The notes: generated from the sequence alone by a model not told the origin. 58,851 nt of DNA, filler included, from Sphacelaria rigidula (GCA_964200075.2; 9 parts of 9 records of this genome joined end to end with filler, not necessarily neighbours in it), one strand, 5' to 3'; shown: positions 13,103 to 25,416, counted from the first letter of the whole stretch. A program made the numbers and translations.

Positions 13103-13426
13103 AAACAGTTGCCCGCACGGGGCAACTCGACGAGTAGTGAGAGGAAATAAAATGAAAATCCACGGTACCCAAGGAACTGATACTTCACGTGTCCAGCTGC
13201 AGATTTTTTTTTCTGGACTCATGACATTATCTTGTTTCTGCTGAAATTTCAAATGCCCATAACTTCTTCCCTTTTTTTTTTTTCCTTTGCTGGTCCTCTG
13301 ATCTCTTGCATTTTGATAATAAAAAGCTGCTGACAATATTTCAGCGTCCAAGTCCTAAAATCGCGCCGTGTGTCGCCTGAGCGAAATTCACACCTACTCT
13401 TGGCTGGCCCAGCTCGTATGATATAA

Positions 13427-14680
13427 AGAGTGACAGCGAACGTCAACGAATGCGCGGTGATCGTCTGTAATGAAGATAGCACAAATCCGGTAGATTTCAA
13501 TTGGAAGTGGGGAGAAGAGGAACTGCCGACCGTCGACCAGTATCCATACCTTGGCGTAGAGATATCAAGACACTGTTCTTGGGATGCACATAAATAAAGT
13601 AATGAAAAAGGGTGAGGCGCATACAGGTAGGATGAACGTGATCCTCAGAGACTCGTACCTAGATACTAGGATTGAGAGATGTATCCTGATAAAGGTGATC
13701 GTACCAAAGCTGGAATATGCAGGAAAAGTATGGGAGGAGAACGCGAAGTTGGTGGAGAGGTTGGAAACAGTACAGATGGCAGCAGCTACGAAAATACTTG
13801 GAAGCTCGAAAACGACGAGTAATACAGCATTGAGAGCAGAGTTGGGAATGTACTCACTCGAAACAAACAGAGACATGAGGAAATTAAGATGGCAATATAG
13901 CGTAAAGAACATGCAGAGCAAGAGATTGTCAGCCACAGTTGATAGGGCTGTATGGAAAAAAGTAACGAAAGGGCACGCGGGAATAAGGTGGGATAGAGAA
14001 GTCGAGAGAGTATGGAAGGGGACAGGACCAAACCAAGACGAAATACTGTCCGTAGGTGAAGGTGCGGGATACAAAACAAACGTAAGAGGCATGATAAAAA
14101 TAAGGCAAAAAGAAATGCTCAGACGCAGGGTAGACGAGGAATAACACCGGAAGATATACGGAGGGATGAGAGAGGGGATAGGGATTGAATCATGTATGCA
14201 CGGCCCAATGGACGCGGCGAAGACATTTAAACTGCGATTTCGGGTGGTGGACCTGGACCTGCCAGAAAGAAGAAAGAGATATACTAGTAGTCGAGGGGAG
14301 GAAAAAGTAGATGCATAGAATCGCTCTTGTGGCGAAGCAGTAGAGAGCAAACCTCATATAGTGGCGGAATGTGGGCTAGACAAGGAGGAACGGGACGTGC
14401 TACAGGGGGAAATGCGAGACGTGAACAAAGGTGTCATGAAATCGTTAGATGCATTAGACAGTAGGGGGGAAACGATTGGCTATATCAGGAGATAGATGGT
14501 GGCCACAAGCGGCGAAAGAGGACAGGGATAAAACATGCAAATGGTTTTGTGTAATGTATGGAAGAAACATAATGAGCACCAAAATGTTGAAGGTGTCTCT
14601 ATTAGGAGTAGGAACGTTGCTCCGTCTCGAAAGGGCTGCGTGGTCAATGGTCAAACGACGGAGGCGAGCAGCAAATGAGC
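13427..14680 (+). mobile_element. 5'-truncated LINE (non-LTR retrotransposon), ORF2 C-terminal part, pseudogenised
   Basis: RT-end motif (VDQYPYLGV), PKLEYAGKVW, TSNTALRAELG and a degenerate CCHC (CGEAVESKPHIVAEC). In-frame stops are present, and a C-run follows. Confidence 0.92.
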
Positions 14681-15599
14681 TCCCCCCCCCCTCCCCCGTC
14701 CTCCTTCCGTCAAAATAGCATATGGTTCTTCTGTCACCCCCTCCCAGTCCCCCGCCCCGTCCACCAACGCAACCTCTTCATAGTTTTGGTGTTCTGTACC
14801 GTCAGTGACTTCGGTTACCTAAAACATTGGGCAGACAGCACTTGGGAATCATAGTCGGTATTATTGTTCGACCGCCAAGCATTGCCTCGATGATGTCACG
14901 GGGACGAAACAACACAACCCAATTTTAGTGTACGAGTGCCATGTCGTCAGTGGTGGCCTTTGAGGGAACCCGCCTGGCATCGTCTGTTTCTCTTTTCTGG
15001 GACGGTGTGTTGAAGCCGTTTCTCGCGCGCCAGCCCGGTCTCCTTCCAGCACATACACGTGATTGTGGAAACAAACTTTCCTTTGGTATGAGTAGTGCAC
15101 AGTGCGATTGCTCCTCCAGCAGTAAAGACACTAGGTGTTTCGGCACACTTTGATCAGAGGTGCAGAACCGCCACGTGTTCTCCTGCGCCTCACCTGTCCT
15201 AGACACCTCAGCGCCTCGTCGTGTCGGTTGAGCCTTGACAGCACCATCGCTGAGTGTAGGTGGCACTTCGTTATGTGCCCCCAATCCTGAATATTCCGAG
15301 AGGGCGTGAAGGTGCATCACGGAGGGTGAGCCGCGGACAAAGATATCAAGAGAGGGAGAGAGATAGTGCGTTGACAGGAACAGAAACAGACATGCAGACA
15401 GGAAAGAAGATAGATACACGAGTACTTCGGCGAGCCAGTGGGATGTGTGACGAGCGGGTCAGAGAAGGTCGCTACGTGTTGCTCGATTGGAACACCTGTG
15501 AAGAAGGCGTTTTTTTACGAAATCTTTTTTCGTTTTTACCCATACAGGGAATATGCCGACACATGCTACATTCCGTACCCTCACAGCTCAAGTCCACAC

Positions 15600-17724
15600 A
15601 TAGCATTCTGTAAGATTCTGAACGATGGAGCAGGAGCGATGCTGGAAAAAGAAGAGAACGTCGGCAAGGGGCAAGCAGGTCTAAGACCAAACTGTAGTTG
15701 CGTAGACCTCGTGTACACACTTTTGTTTTTTCTTCTCACATTTTGAACCCTTCCCCTTCCTCGGGATGAGTCCGTGGTCTCAAGGGATCAGCCCATCTCT
15801 CCCCCGGTACGTGCCTTTCATTTTGGTCTCGCGGATTGGGTCAGCACTCCCGCAACGCGTCAACTCACGTCACACAAACCCATTCGACTATTTTGTTTAC
15901 TCACGTTCTCACGCTTTCCACGGTGGAAATTGTACATCACAAAGAAAAATCCCAACGCATCGGGAATCGAACCCCGTTCTCTCCACCCTAATGGCGAAAT
16001 TTGGACCATTACATCACCGGGGCGCGGCGACTAGGTAAGATTATTCGAGGCAGGAAGGGCACCGGGCGGACAACCTACTGTTTCGTTCTGGACGTGAAAA
16101 AGGCCTGTGACACAGCATGGAGAAATGGGCTGTGAAAAAAGTTGTGGGAAAATGGGATCAGAGGAAAGATGTGGAGAATGGTGAAGAGGATGGCAGAATG
16201 TGCCAAGAGTGCTATGGTGCTAGACTGGGAAAAATATCGAGATATTTAGATATTTTACAAGGAGTTGCACAAGGATGTACGTTATCACCCACTCTACTCA
16301 AGGTATTTATGAATGATCTGATAATAGCAATAGAAGCAGCAAAGCAAGGAGTCAAGGTGGGTGAAGATATGGTATCAGGACTGATGTTCGCGGATGAGTT
16401 CGTGGAGATTTTAGGAATACCAAAAGGATTACAGAAACAGATAGTCAAGGCGCTAGAATACACTAGGAAATGGAGGATGACAGCGAACGTTAACAAAGGC
16501 GCGGTACTCGTCTGTCACGAAGATAACACAAATCCGGTACAGTTCAAATGGAAGTGGGGAGAAGAGGAACTGCCGATCGTAGACTAGTACCCATACCTTG
16601 GCGTAGATATCTCAAAACCCTGTTCTTGGGATGCACACATAAACAAAGTAATAGCTGAGGGAAACGCACAAATAGGCAGGATGGACGTGATCCTCAAAGA
16701 CTCGTACCTAGATACTAGGATTGAGAGATGTATACTGTAAACGTAATTGTACCAAAGCTGGGGTATGCAGAAGTATCGGAGGGGAACGTGAAGTTGGTGA
16801 ATAAGTTGAGAACATTACAGACGGCAGTAGCTACGAAAATACTTGGATGCTCGAAAGCGACGAATAATACAGCATTGAGAGCAGAGTTGGGAATGTACTC
16901 ACTCGAAACAAACAGAGACATGAGGAAATTAAAATGGCAATATAGCGTAAAGAACATGCAGAGAAAGAGACTGTCAGCCACAGTTGATAGGGCTGTATGG
17001 AAAAAAGTAACGAAAGGGCACGCGGGAATAAGGTGGGATAGAGAAGTCGAGAGAATATGAAAGGAGATAGGACCAAACCAAGACAAAATACTGTCCGTAG
17101 GTGAAGGTGCGGGATACAAAACAAACGTAAGAGGCATGATAAAAATAAGGCAAAAAGAAATGCTCAGACGCAAAGTAGACGAGGAATAACACCGGAAGAT
17201 ATACGGAGGGATGAGAGAGGGGATAGGGATTGAATCATGCATGCATGGCCCAATGGACGCGGCGAAAACACTGAAACTGCGATTTCGGGTGGTGGACCTG
17301 GACCTGCCAGAAAGAAGAAAGAGATATACCAGTACTTGAGAGGAGGAAAAAGTAGATGCATAGAATCGCTCTTGTGGCAAAGCAGTGGAGAGCAAACCTC
17401 ATATAGTGGCAGAATGTGGGCTATACAAGGAGGAACGGGACGCGCTACAGGGGGAAATGCGGGACGTGAACGAAGGTGGCATGGAATCGTTAGATGCATT
17501 AGACAGTAGGGGGAAAACGATTGGCTATACCAGGATATAGATGGTGGCCACAAGCGGCGAAACAGGACAGGGATAAAACATGCGAATGGTTTTGTGTAAT
17601 ATATGGAAGAAACATAATGAGCACCAAAATGTTGTAGGTGTCTCTATTAGGAGTAGGAACGTTGCTCCGTCTCGAAAGGGATGCGTGGTCAATGGTCAAA
17701 CGCCGAAGGCGAGCAGCAAATGAG
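15600..17724 (+). mobile_element. 5'-truncated LINE with reverse transcriptase domain, pseudogenised
   Basis: RT motifs QAGLRPNCSCVD, LDVKKACDT, GVAQGCTLSPTL, LMFADEFV and YPYLGV. Near-identical to 13427-14680 over its 3' part. Ends in C18. Confidence 0.95.
15722..16031 (-). mobile_element. tRNA-derived SINE inserted into the LINE RT
   Basis: Minus strand has an A-box-like TGATGTAATGG (16006-16016), B-box GGTTCGATTCC (15963-15973) and an A-rich tail. Removing it restores RT CVDLVYT-LGKII. ACT is duplicated at the junctions. Confidence 0.85.
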
Positions 17725-18324
17725 CCCCCCCCCCCCCCCCCCTCCCCATCCCCACTCAGCTCGAATCAACCTGCCCGCTGACCTGGATCGAACATTGGAA
17801 AAAAAAAAAAGAGTCTCCAGGATATACTTTCGAATCGTAAAAAACACATAACACGAAATGGTCAGTCACCCGGACCGGGCTAAAGTAAATAAACCCAAGA
17901 CCCTTAAACATTCCACAACGAAGAAGGAACGTAAGTTGCCATGACGGAGGATCCTACCATTCCCCACCTTGTAACGAGCAATCTTGCCCAGGTGGTAACG
18001 GTGGTGCCTTAGTGGCCAGTTTGGGCGGAATATTAGGTCCATTGTTTTTGCAGCGATGGTATACCTTAGGGGTTACTGTAGTGGAACGCGTGAGGGCGTG
18101 AGTCAACAAAACGTCGACGAGAGCTGACAGGCCGTAGGAAGTAGTGGAAGTAGTGCTGATCTCCTGCTCCATAGACAATTGTCAGGCAGGTACCGGGGGA
18201 GAGACTCGAGACTATGGACCTGCCCCCAGGAAGAGGAGGGTATAGAGGGATGAAGAAGCCAGCACACAACAGAATGTACATCGCCACAGACAGTAAGACG
18301 TTCACAGTTTCTCTTGTCATTCAC

Positions 18325-18466
18325 CTGCATTCGCGCGTGAGTCTTCATGGCCTTTTGAACGTAGTCCAGCGCGGCAGTCGACTTTCCGCGGCGGAGGTAG
18401 TACAAACCGTACGCGTCAAAAATAAACGCCTTCAACTCCGCGTTCGCTTGTTTGTCTAGTACTTCT
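18325..18466 (-). CDS. Exon of TPR-like helical-repeat protein
   Basis: tgcag|A GAA...CAG|gtgaat encodes EVLDKQANAELKAFIFDAYGLYYLRRGKSTAALDYVQKAMKTHARMQ (TPR pattern). Phase matches exon 19155-19290. Confidence 0.85.
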
Positions 18467-19154
18467 CTGCACACGGTCAGATCGGGGACGGGAAAGGCGA
18501 GCAAAAAGAACGCGAGAAAAAAGGTCTGGCGCGGGAGGGATCAAAATTCGAATCTCCATGCGACCTAGGCAAGCCGGTATGAACGACAATACATAGCCCC
18601 CAAAAGAAGAAACGTATGCGGCGGCTTTTTATCGGGCGTACATGCACCACTCGCACGCCGTTCGAGATGACTGGTGCTCCACCGCCACGGTGAGGCTGCC
18701 TAGCGACAGGCTATTATGCTGAGGAGTATGTTCCCACTCCGTTTGCTTTGAGACGGACTCTATACTGCATAGCACATTCTCGGTAGCACCCTTCAACACC
18801 GAGCGATTGGTGCTTAGCACAGGAACTCGGATATTCGGGTTATTGATAAGGCGTTTTTTTTTTTACATTCAGCTGATTCGCTCTGTATTACAATTGTGGT
18901 CACTAACAACTCTTTTATTTTATTTTCATATTTTTCAATATTTTATTTTTATTTTTCACACGTCCCCAAGACACGTAAACTGGTACGCTCGCTAAATGAG
19001 CATTGAGAGAAAGGACAAGACCAGCGAAGAAAGTGAAATAAACACGATAAAAAAAAAAATGAAAATACACGCCAGGCTCGAGACTTAAGAGCAGCTGCAT
19101 GGACGGACGGGGACGGATTCCTCGATTTAAAGGCCACGGCTGTAGTAGCGTTAC

Positions 19155-19290
19155 CGGGAGATAAGCGTCGTCGCCCGTTTCAGCAATTCCAGGGCCCTCT
19201 CGAACCGTCGGTTTTCCGTGCTTCTCACTCCGAATGCCGTGCAGGTCACAACAAGCTGCCTCCACAACCGTTTCACTAGTTCAGGAGGGC
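19155..19290 (-). CDS. Upstream exon of the same TPR-like protein
   Basis: ttcag|...|gtaac encodes PPELVKRLWRQLVVTCTAFGVRSTENRRFERALELLKRATTLIS(R). Its phase-2 end joins the next exon in frame. Confidence 0.8.
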
Positions 19291-19490
19291 CTGAAGTACC
19301 GAACACACGCACAAGATTGGCGCGTGCCGACTTTAAATGTGAGATACGCCTTTTTTGTGATGGGAGAATAGGAAACTCTCGGTATTATACTGTAGAGTAA
19401 GTCGAAGTTTACATAGTTCCAGCGTGCTAACCATAGCTAATTTTCATCTTTTCCAGGAGCAAAAAATAGCAAGAGAACGGGATAGGGGGT

Positions 19491-19553
19491 GTACTCATGA
19501 TCATGCATGCCATAGTCATAAGACCATTGACCTCGCATCCCTACAAAGTCGGG
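19491..19553 (-). mobile_element. Family B 3' end fragment at contig end
   Basis: GGGGGT|GTACTCATGATCATGCATGCC...CCCTACAAAG. Confidence 0.85.
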
Positions 19554-19653
19554 NNNNNNNNNNNNNNNNNNNNNNNNNNNNNNNNNNNNNNNNNNNNTTA
19601 ATTAATTAANNNNNNNNNNNNNNNNNNNNNNNNNNNNNNNNNNNNNNNNNNNN
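19554..19653. other. Artificial contig linker
   Basis: N44-TTAATTAATTAA-N44. Confidence 0.99.
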
Positions 19654-20312
19654 AATGGCCCAAAATACCCCCCCCCCTATCGTAGGATGACAAGTTTCAA
19701 CTTCAAGTACACTAATGTGACGGATTCTTGCACCAAACTCGAAGTGACGATTTCCCGGAGACGAAAGCTCGCATACGGGAGATTATAAATCGTTAATTTC
19801 CCATCTGTGGTTCCAAAAGGGTTAAGAGTCATATTAATGCGACGTACATACCCACTCACACTCAGATATGGATTCTTGCTCCCCGGACCCCAATAATCCA
19901 ACGTCTTGACTGGAAACATCGTTTGGAATTATTCCATTCCGAATGGTACATCTGAAAACATTTTGGCAACCATTCGAAAGCGGGCGGATGAATTATGTTT
20001 TGTTCGTGTGCATGTCTGTTCGGGGTGATCACCAGCGATTTGTGATTCACATTTTCCACTTTTCGTCGGCAGCGAGCATTGCGGTCTACTTCGCGAGTAG
20101 CGTCACTTGGAGTTCAACACAAACTTCGGGTTTTGTTCATTTTTCTAACGTAATTGTTTTCCATTTGCTTTCTATTCCAAGGCTTGTTCAAGAGTGGCCG
20201 TCAGTTGTTCTTTAACCACGTCATAAATCACCAGCCAGGAGTATCTTCGACCTGACTCGCGGTGCGTTATCAAATATGTGCGAGTCATATAATAGTACAC
20301 CCCTGTGGTTGC

Positions 20313-20367
20313 ACGGTACGGTACTGTATGGTACGGTACGATACGATACGGTACGGTACGGTACGGT
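20313..20367. repeat. (ACGGT)n pentanucleotide microsatellite
   Basis: About 11 imperfect units, flanked by GGTTG...CACAACC. Confidence 0.9.
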
Positions 20368-22115
20368 GCCACAACCCACCGGCAGGACATTTTGCAAACA
20401 GTAAAGCGTTCGCGCACTACCTCATTGCCAGATTTGGCTTGCAGCATGATGCTTGTGCAGCAGCGACGACGTGTGGTAGGACTACGTGTCCACAGGAAGC
20501 ACCGTATCTGCGACAAGTGCATATTTATGCTGTCATGTGCTGGTCACACAGACGAGGATGGCCTAGGTGGGCAGCCAAAGCACGCTTCTCATGGACGAGC
20601 ATAACTTTCATCCAGGGGCCCGCCGTTCGTTTGGCTTCTTCGGAAATAAATAATACACCCAGCGGGTGGCAGAGACCAACTCTCGCGTGCACCAAGGGTA
20701 GTCACTGGCAACCGTCACCGAAGTGGGAGGCAGTCACGCCGCTACTAGGCACGCTGCCACCGCTTTTTGCTCGGAGGAGGGGGGCGTTCTCATCGTTGGT
20801 GTGGCAGTCCATCTTCGCGTGCTTCCCTAGCCCTTCGTTGGGCTGGTATACCCGTTTCTCTGGTTGTGCTGTGTGTTTGTGCCTCTGTTGTAGTGATGTT
20901 TCTCCCAGGAGGCACGAGCTGAAGGCGGTGTTTTGTGTGCCTTCTCCATCCTAAAATTAAGCATTTCACCGAAAAATGAACTGGGTTACCAACGTGCTCT
21001 AAAATGTAAATGGGTGTACGATAGGGAGCAGTTGCATCATCCAAGTTTTTTTTCGCAGGTCTTTCTTCGGGTACGCTTCATACATCATCCATTCCTGCCT
21101 CTTTTTGGTCGTTTAAACTTGGCCTATATGCCACCTGCCCACGTGATCGCCCCCCGCGAAATACTCTCTAAATGTACACTATGCGGTACATGCAGTACAT
21201 TTCCTTGGGCATTGCTCAAGGCGTGAGTGCAACATACAGCGAAACAGTACACCATAAGTGTCGTACCAAGCTCGAGAGAAGGTGGATTCGCCACCAAGAC
21301 CTGTGTGCGGCGAAACCGCCGTGCGTTATTAAATGCTGGTACTTCGTACATATTATATTGTGTTCAGTGATAATTTCGACAGCATCGTCTACGCTCGAAC
21401 ACCGTGCGCATGGTTGACGATATCTGTACCCAAACTGTACTAACAGACGCATTTCAACTTTCAGCGATGCTGCGCATTTTCAATGAGGGGTTATCAGCAC
21501 GACTGTGGCTTCACCCGATGGCTGTTGGCAAGTACTGCTTGCTGTGCAATATCATCGCGCTGGGTCTCGTAGACCGCGAGTAATCTACGATCGCGTCTCG
21601 GAAGGCAGGATGGGGAATTATCTTCGGGCCCGTATAATGACCGGTATTTGGTGATGCTCCTTTTGAAAAGCATCAATCGCCAATATATGCGCTGTAGTCG
21701 GTGGAAGTGAGCCCGAGTTCATTCAGGATGTACCTTCCAAGTTTGTCGACACATGTTCCCATATATTGATGATTGCCTTGTGATCACAATTGATTCGGAG
21801 AGAGGTGAGGGGTCGCTGAATGAACAATGATGGATCATCTGTGCACTCTTGGTTCCTGTGCCTGCCTTGATGGCCTTACCCCCTGCCCTTTCTTGCACGG
21901 TTTACACTTATTGTACACTTATTGGGGGGGGAGGGGGGGAAAGGAAAGATGTTACATTCATGCGTCGCCTTGGGGTAGGTGGCGGCTGGTGCGAATGCGC
22001 TGAGCGGAATCTCCAGGTGGCGTCCGACGGTCAGATGCGTGAGGGGTTACAATCTTTTTGAACGGGTGATCCTCGAGGTTTTTCCTATCCTCCCCTCACA
22101 TTGTGTGTGAGGGGT

Positions 22116-22608
22116 GTGCTCATGATCTTGCATGCCGTAGTCATGAGACCATTGGCCCCGCATCCCTACAAAGCCGGGACGGGGCACGCCGTGTTTTCGC
22201 GAGACCAGGCTTGCAAGCAATCACGTAGGGCGAAGCGCCGTGATCTGTTCGGCGAGGCGCATGAAGGGTGAGCTACATCCTGCTAAGATTGCTCGGCCCG
22301 AAGCATACTGATTATCTTGCATGCGGGTGACAGCCTCGAATGACTTGTTTCATTTTTTGGTATCGCCACATCCAGCGACAGCCACGTGCTACACTGCCTC
22401 ATGGGTGCCTCACCTTCTGAACACTGCGTAGTACGACCATCCCCTCTGCGCGGAGTTGAGGTCTTCCACCCCGCACAACATGATCTAACTTGACCACCAC
22501 CATGTTCACCACAAAAAAGCGCAAGCGAGGAAAACAATAGGTAACCTAGTTGCCTAGCTTACGCAGTAAGTGGTATGGTTTACAGCCTCATTGCAAATCG
22601 ACGCCAAC
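22116..22608 (-). mobile_element. Full-length family B element (~490 bp, non-coding, LINE-like 3' tail)
   Basis: Collinear with 52412-52902. G-rich flanks on both sides (GTGTGAGGGG / GTGTGGGGGG). Confidence 0.9.
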
Positions 22609-25416
22609 GTGTGGGGGGCGGGAGTGCCACCAATGATAAGATTCGAAAGAAAATACAAGAACCTTCGACTTCTTGCAAAATACATACATACCGATCTCAG
22701 GTAAACGTGTTTTGGGTACCAAGTTCATGGATACGGGTCGTTGTGAAATGTTCAAACTGGAAACAGCTTTTATTTTTTGTTTTCCATGATTCTTGTACCG
22801 ATTTTTCGGGAATTCTGGTGGATACACGTGCGCTATTCAGACTCTATCTACCGCCGAGAGCTCAAGAAGATTGCACGGTGTGCGTAGTTGTTGTCCGGGC
22901 CTGGTCTGGGTCTCATTGCTCTTCGCTAGCTTGCTACAGCCAAAGACAATAGCAGCAGGGAAGCTGGGGGAAAATGTGCCCTTAGCATTGATCATTGTTT
23001 CATAACCATGTCATGAAGCAAGTATATGGGTCGCACACGCAAAAGAGATACACCACACGTTAGCCCACGTATGTAGAGTGCTTGGTTGTCTCCGCCGCTG
23101 TACCTCAACAACTTTCTTTCGCGGTACCGACCGTATCTGTACCGCAAGATTCGCCCGCCCTGGCCAGCCAGTGGCACCGTGTGGGTGCTGTCTGTACAGC
23201 ACCAGTCAACACGTGCCAGCACGACAGTCAAAGGGAGCCAGCAGCATTGATGTGTTGATGCGAGCACAGTCGATTCTCGGGGAGGTTCGTCCGCGCAGCA
23301 TGAAACAACACACAGCGACGACGATAAAACTGTCCATCTTATCTCATGCCCCGTATCCAAAGCTGTGGAGGATGCAGCAAGCTAAGGGCAAACGTAGACT
23401 GCAACGCCTACCCCGGCCACCGCAACAAAAACCGCGGGCACGGCGACACTCACAGCGTTGGGTACACAAACCGTACACCAATAGACAAAGAATCGCCGGT
23501 GAGGCCATTGTTGACCTGGATATCATCACGCCGCCAAGAGGTACGACACCGCGGCTGCGGCCCCAGGAGGCCGGCAAAACCACATATGACAGAGTGGATC
23601 CTAGAATAAAGCTTGTACAATGAAATGTACAATAACACTTAGTGGGACTGATGAAAAAATAAATTGAGGTACTTGAAGTCAGTGTTCGTATAAAATTCAG
23701 CCTGTACCTATGCCAGCACCGCCGTTTTTTGGCGATTGTTTGAAAAAATCGTTTTTCAGCCAAAAGTCAAACCGGGTGCACGAAATATCGAAAAAGTGCG
23801 CTAGAATCCTCTCGGGGAGCACAGCAAGCCTTTCCGAGATAGGACAATCCACCAAGCGCCGTATTCCGGCAAAAATTGGTGCTGAATTGTCAAAAGAGTC
23901 TTTAGGGGGGAATTTTTTCGCAGCACAAGAAGCGGACGCAGCACAAGCGCCCATGCCTCGGATTATTGTCCCTGAAATGTTCGGGCAAACGCATGCAGCG
24001 ATGGCTACTACTGCACTGTACAGTTGTACCACCTACTCCCCGTATCAAGGGAAGAAAGGAAATCTATGTTGTGCACAGGCCAAAATTACATCCGCTACGC
24101 ACATACCTCAATCGTACAGGCGAAGCTCGTCGGCTGTCCTTGTCAGAATGACCATTGTCACATTCAATAGCAACGTCCATCTCGTCCAGATGACTCTCGA
24201 AGTGATCGACATCTGTATCTAACTCTTGCCTTAGGCCAACGTCAACATCGACTGCGGCTACGGTAACGGTCTCGGGTACCCGCACCGCACCTGTACATCG
24301 ACTAATAGGACGCCGCCCGATACAGCCATTGCTGGAATGAAGAGCTGCTAAATTATACTGCACGTTTTTTAGCCATGGAAGAGAACCTAGGCCACCGAGT
24401 GCGAAGGCTGCTACTGGAGGCGCCGCGTAGGACATCATCAGCTGGCGTGCAGAGTGTGAGGTCTGTGGAATGGCCGGCCTCAGATGTACATCCACGTTCG
24501 TCATTATCCATCCGACACCAAGTAGAACAGCACGCCACGAGGCACAGCAGCAGAACCAGGACCATCACCTGACGACGTAAAAGTGACATATCACCGGTGT
24601 CTACATCCTCCTATACTACTGCACCTGAGCTTCTCACGCTGCACTGCTGCTGCCCTTGGTTCTTTCGCCTGGGTTCTCCTTCTATCCCTTCTACATCTGC
24701 TCGCAACTGCTGGGATAGACACGATTTCAAACTTGAGACACAGGAGAGAGAGACGGACCACGACACTGCTCCGCACCATCTCCTACGATAAACATGAGTG
24801 ATATGCAGGTGAGAGATGATGATAGGCAACCATACGCAAACCTCTACCCTGTAGTATCGGGCATCGTAGCGCTGAGAGAAAGAATCATAGGAGGCGAAAA
24901 TCAAGAGCGGGGAGCAGTGCCGAAGACATGATTGCGCCGCATTTTTTGGCCTTAGGCCGGCGCCTTTTCTGCCCTGGGGGCGGCATCCATGCCGAGCTCC
25001 TATTGTGCCGACTTCACAGTATTGTGTCGTAAACACAGCGAAGTGCAGTACCGCAGTAATTTGCAGTGCATTCAATATAGGGCGTGATACCTGTAGTATT
25101 TATGCCCCGGTGATAAGTATCTGTGATTATTAGGAGGCGTCGGTTTACTTCATGATTTGGGGGCGACATATTTTGAAATTTTGAATTATTTCCGCATGAT
25201 TCATGACGCCAACTTCTTGTAACTTGACTTGCATGTACCAGAGTCAGGGCGTGTCTTAAAGCGTGTCTTGGCACATTTTTTTCGGTCAAAAAAGTGCGAT
25301 GGAAGAAAAAACTATCGATCTGAAAGGTCCACCGCATATCTGTTCCTCGTCGGCTTCGACTATTATTTTCTATGATCAGCGGCTTAGTGGCGCACGGAGA
25401 AGAAGTGAAGAACCGC

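Noticed and set aside
14142..14320. Stops shared by both LINE copies as programmed readthrough or recoding
   Set aside because: A shared frameshift and a degenerate CCHC are also present, so common descent from a dead copy is simpler.
15960..16030. tRNA gene
   Set aside because: A and B boxes are present, but there is no convincing cloverleaf and it continues into a SINE body inserted in an RT gene.
13565..17395. Long minus-strand ORFs (261 aa and 226 aa) as membrane proteins
   Set aside because: They are antisense shadows of purine-rich LINE ORF2, and the RT motifs are on the plus strand.
23078..24504. ORFs of 140-180 aa in contig 4
   Set aside because: They have no recognisable motifs or supporting splice structure, and overlapping ORFs on both strands suggest chance openness.
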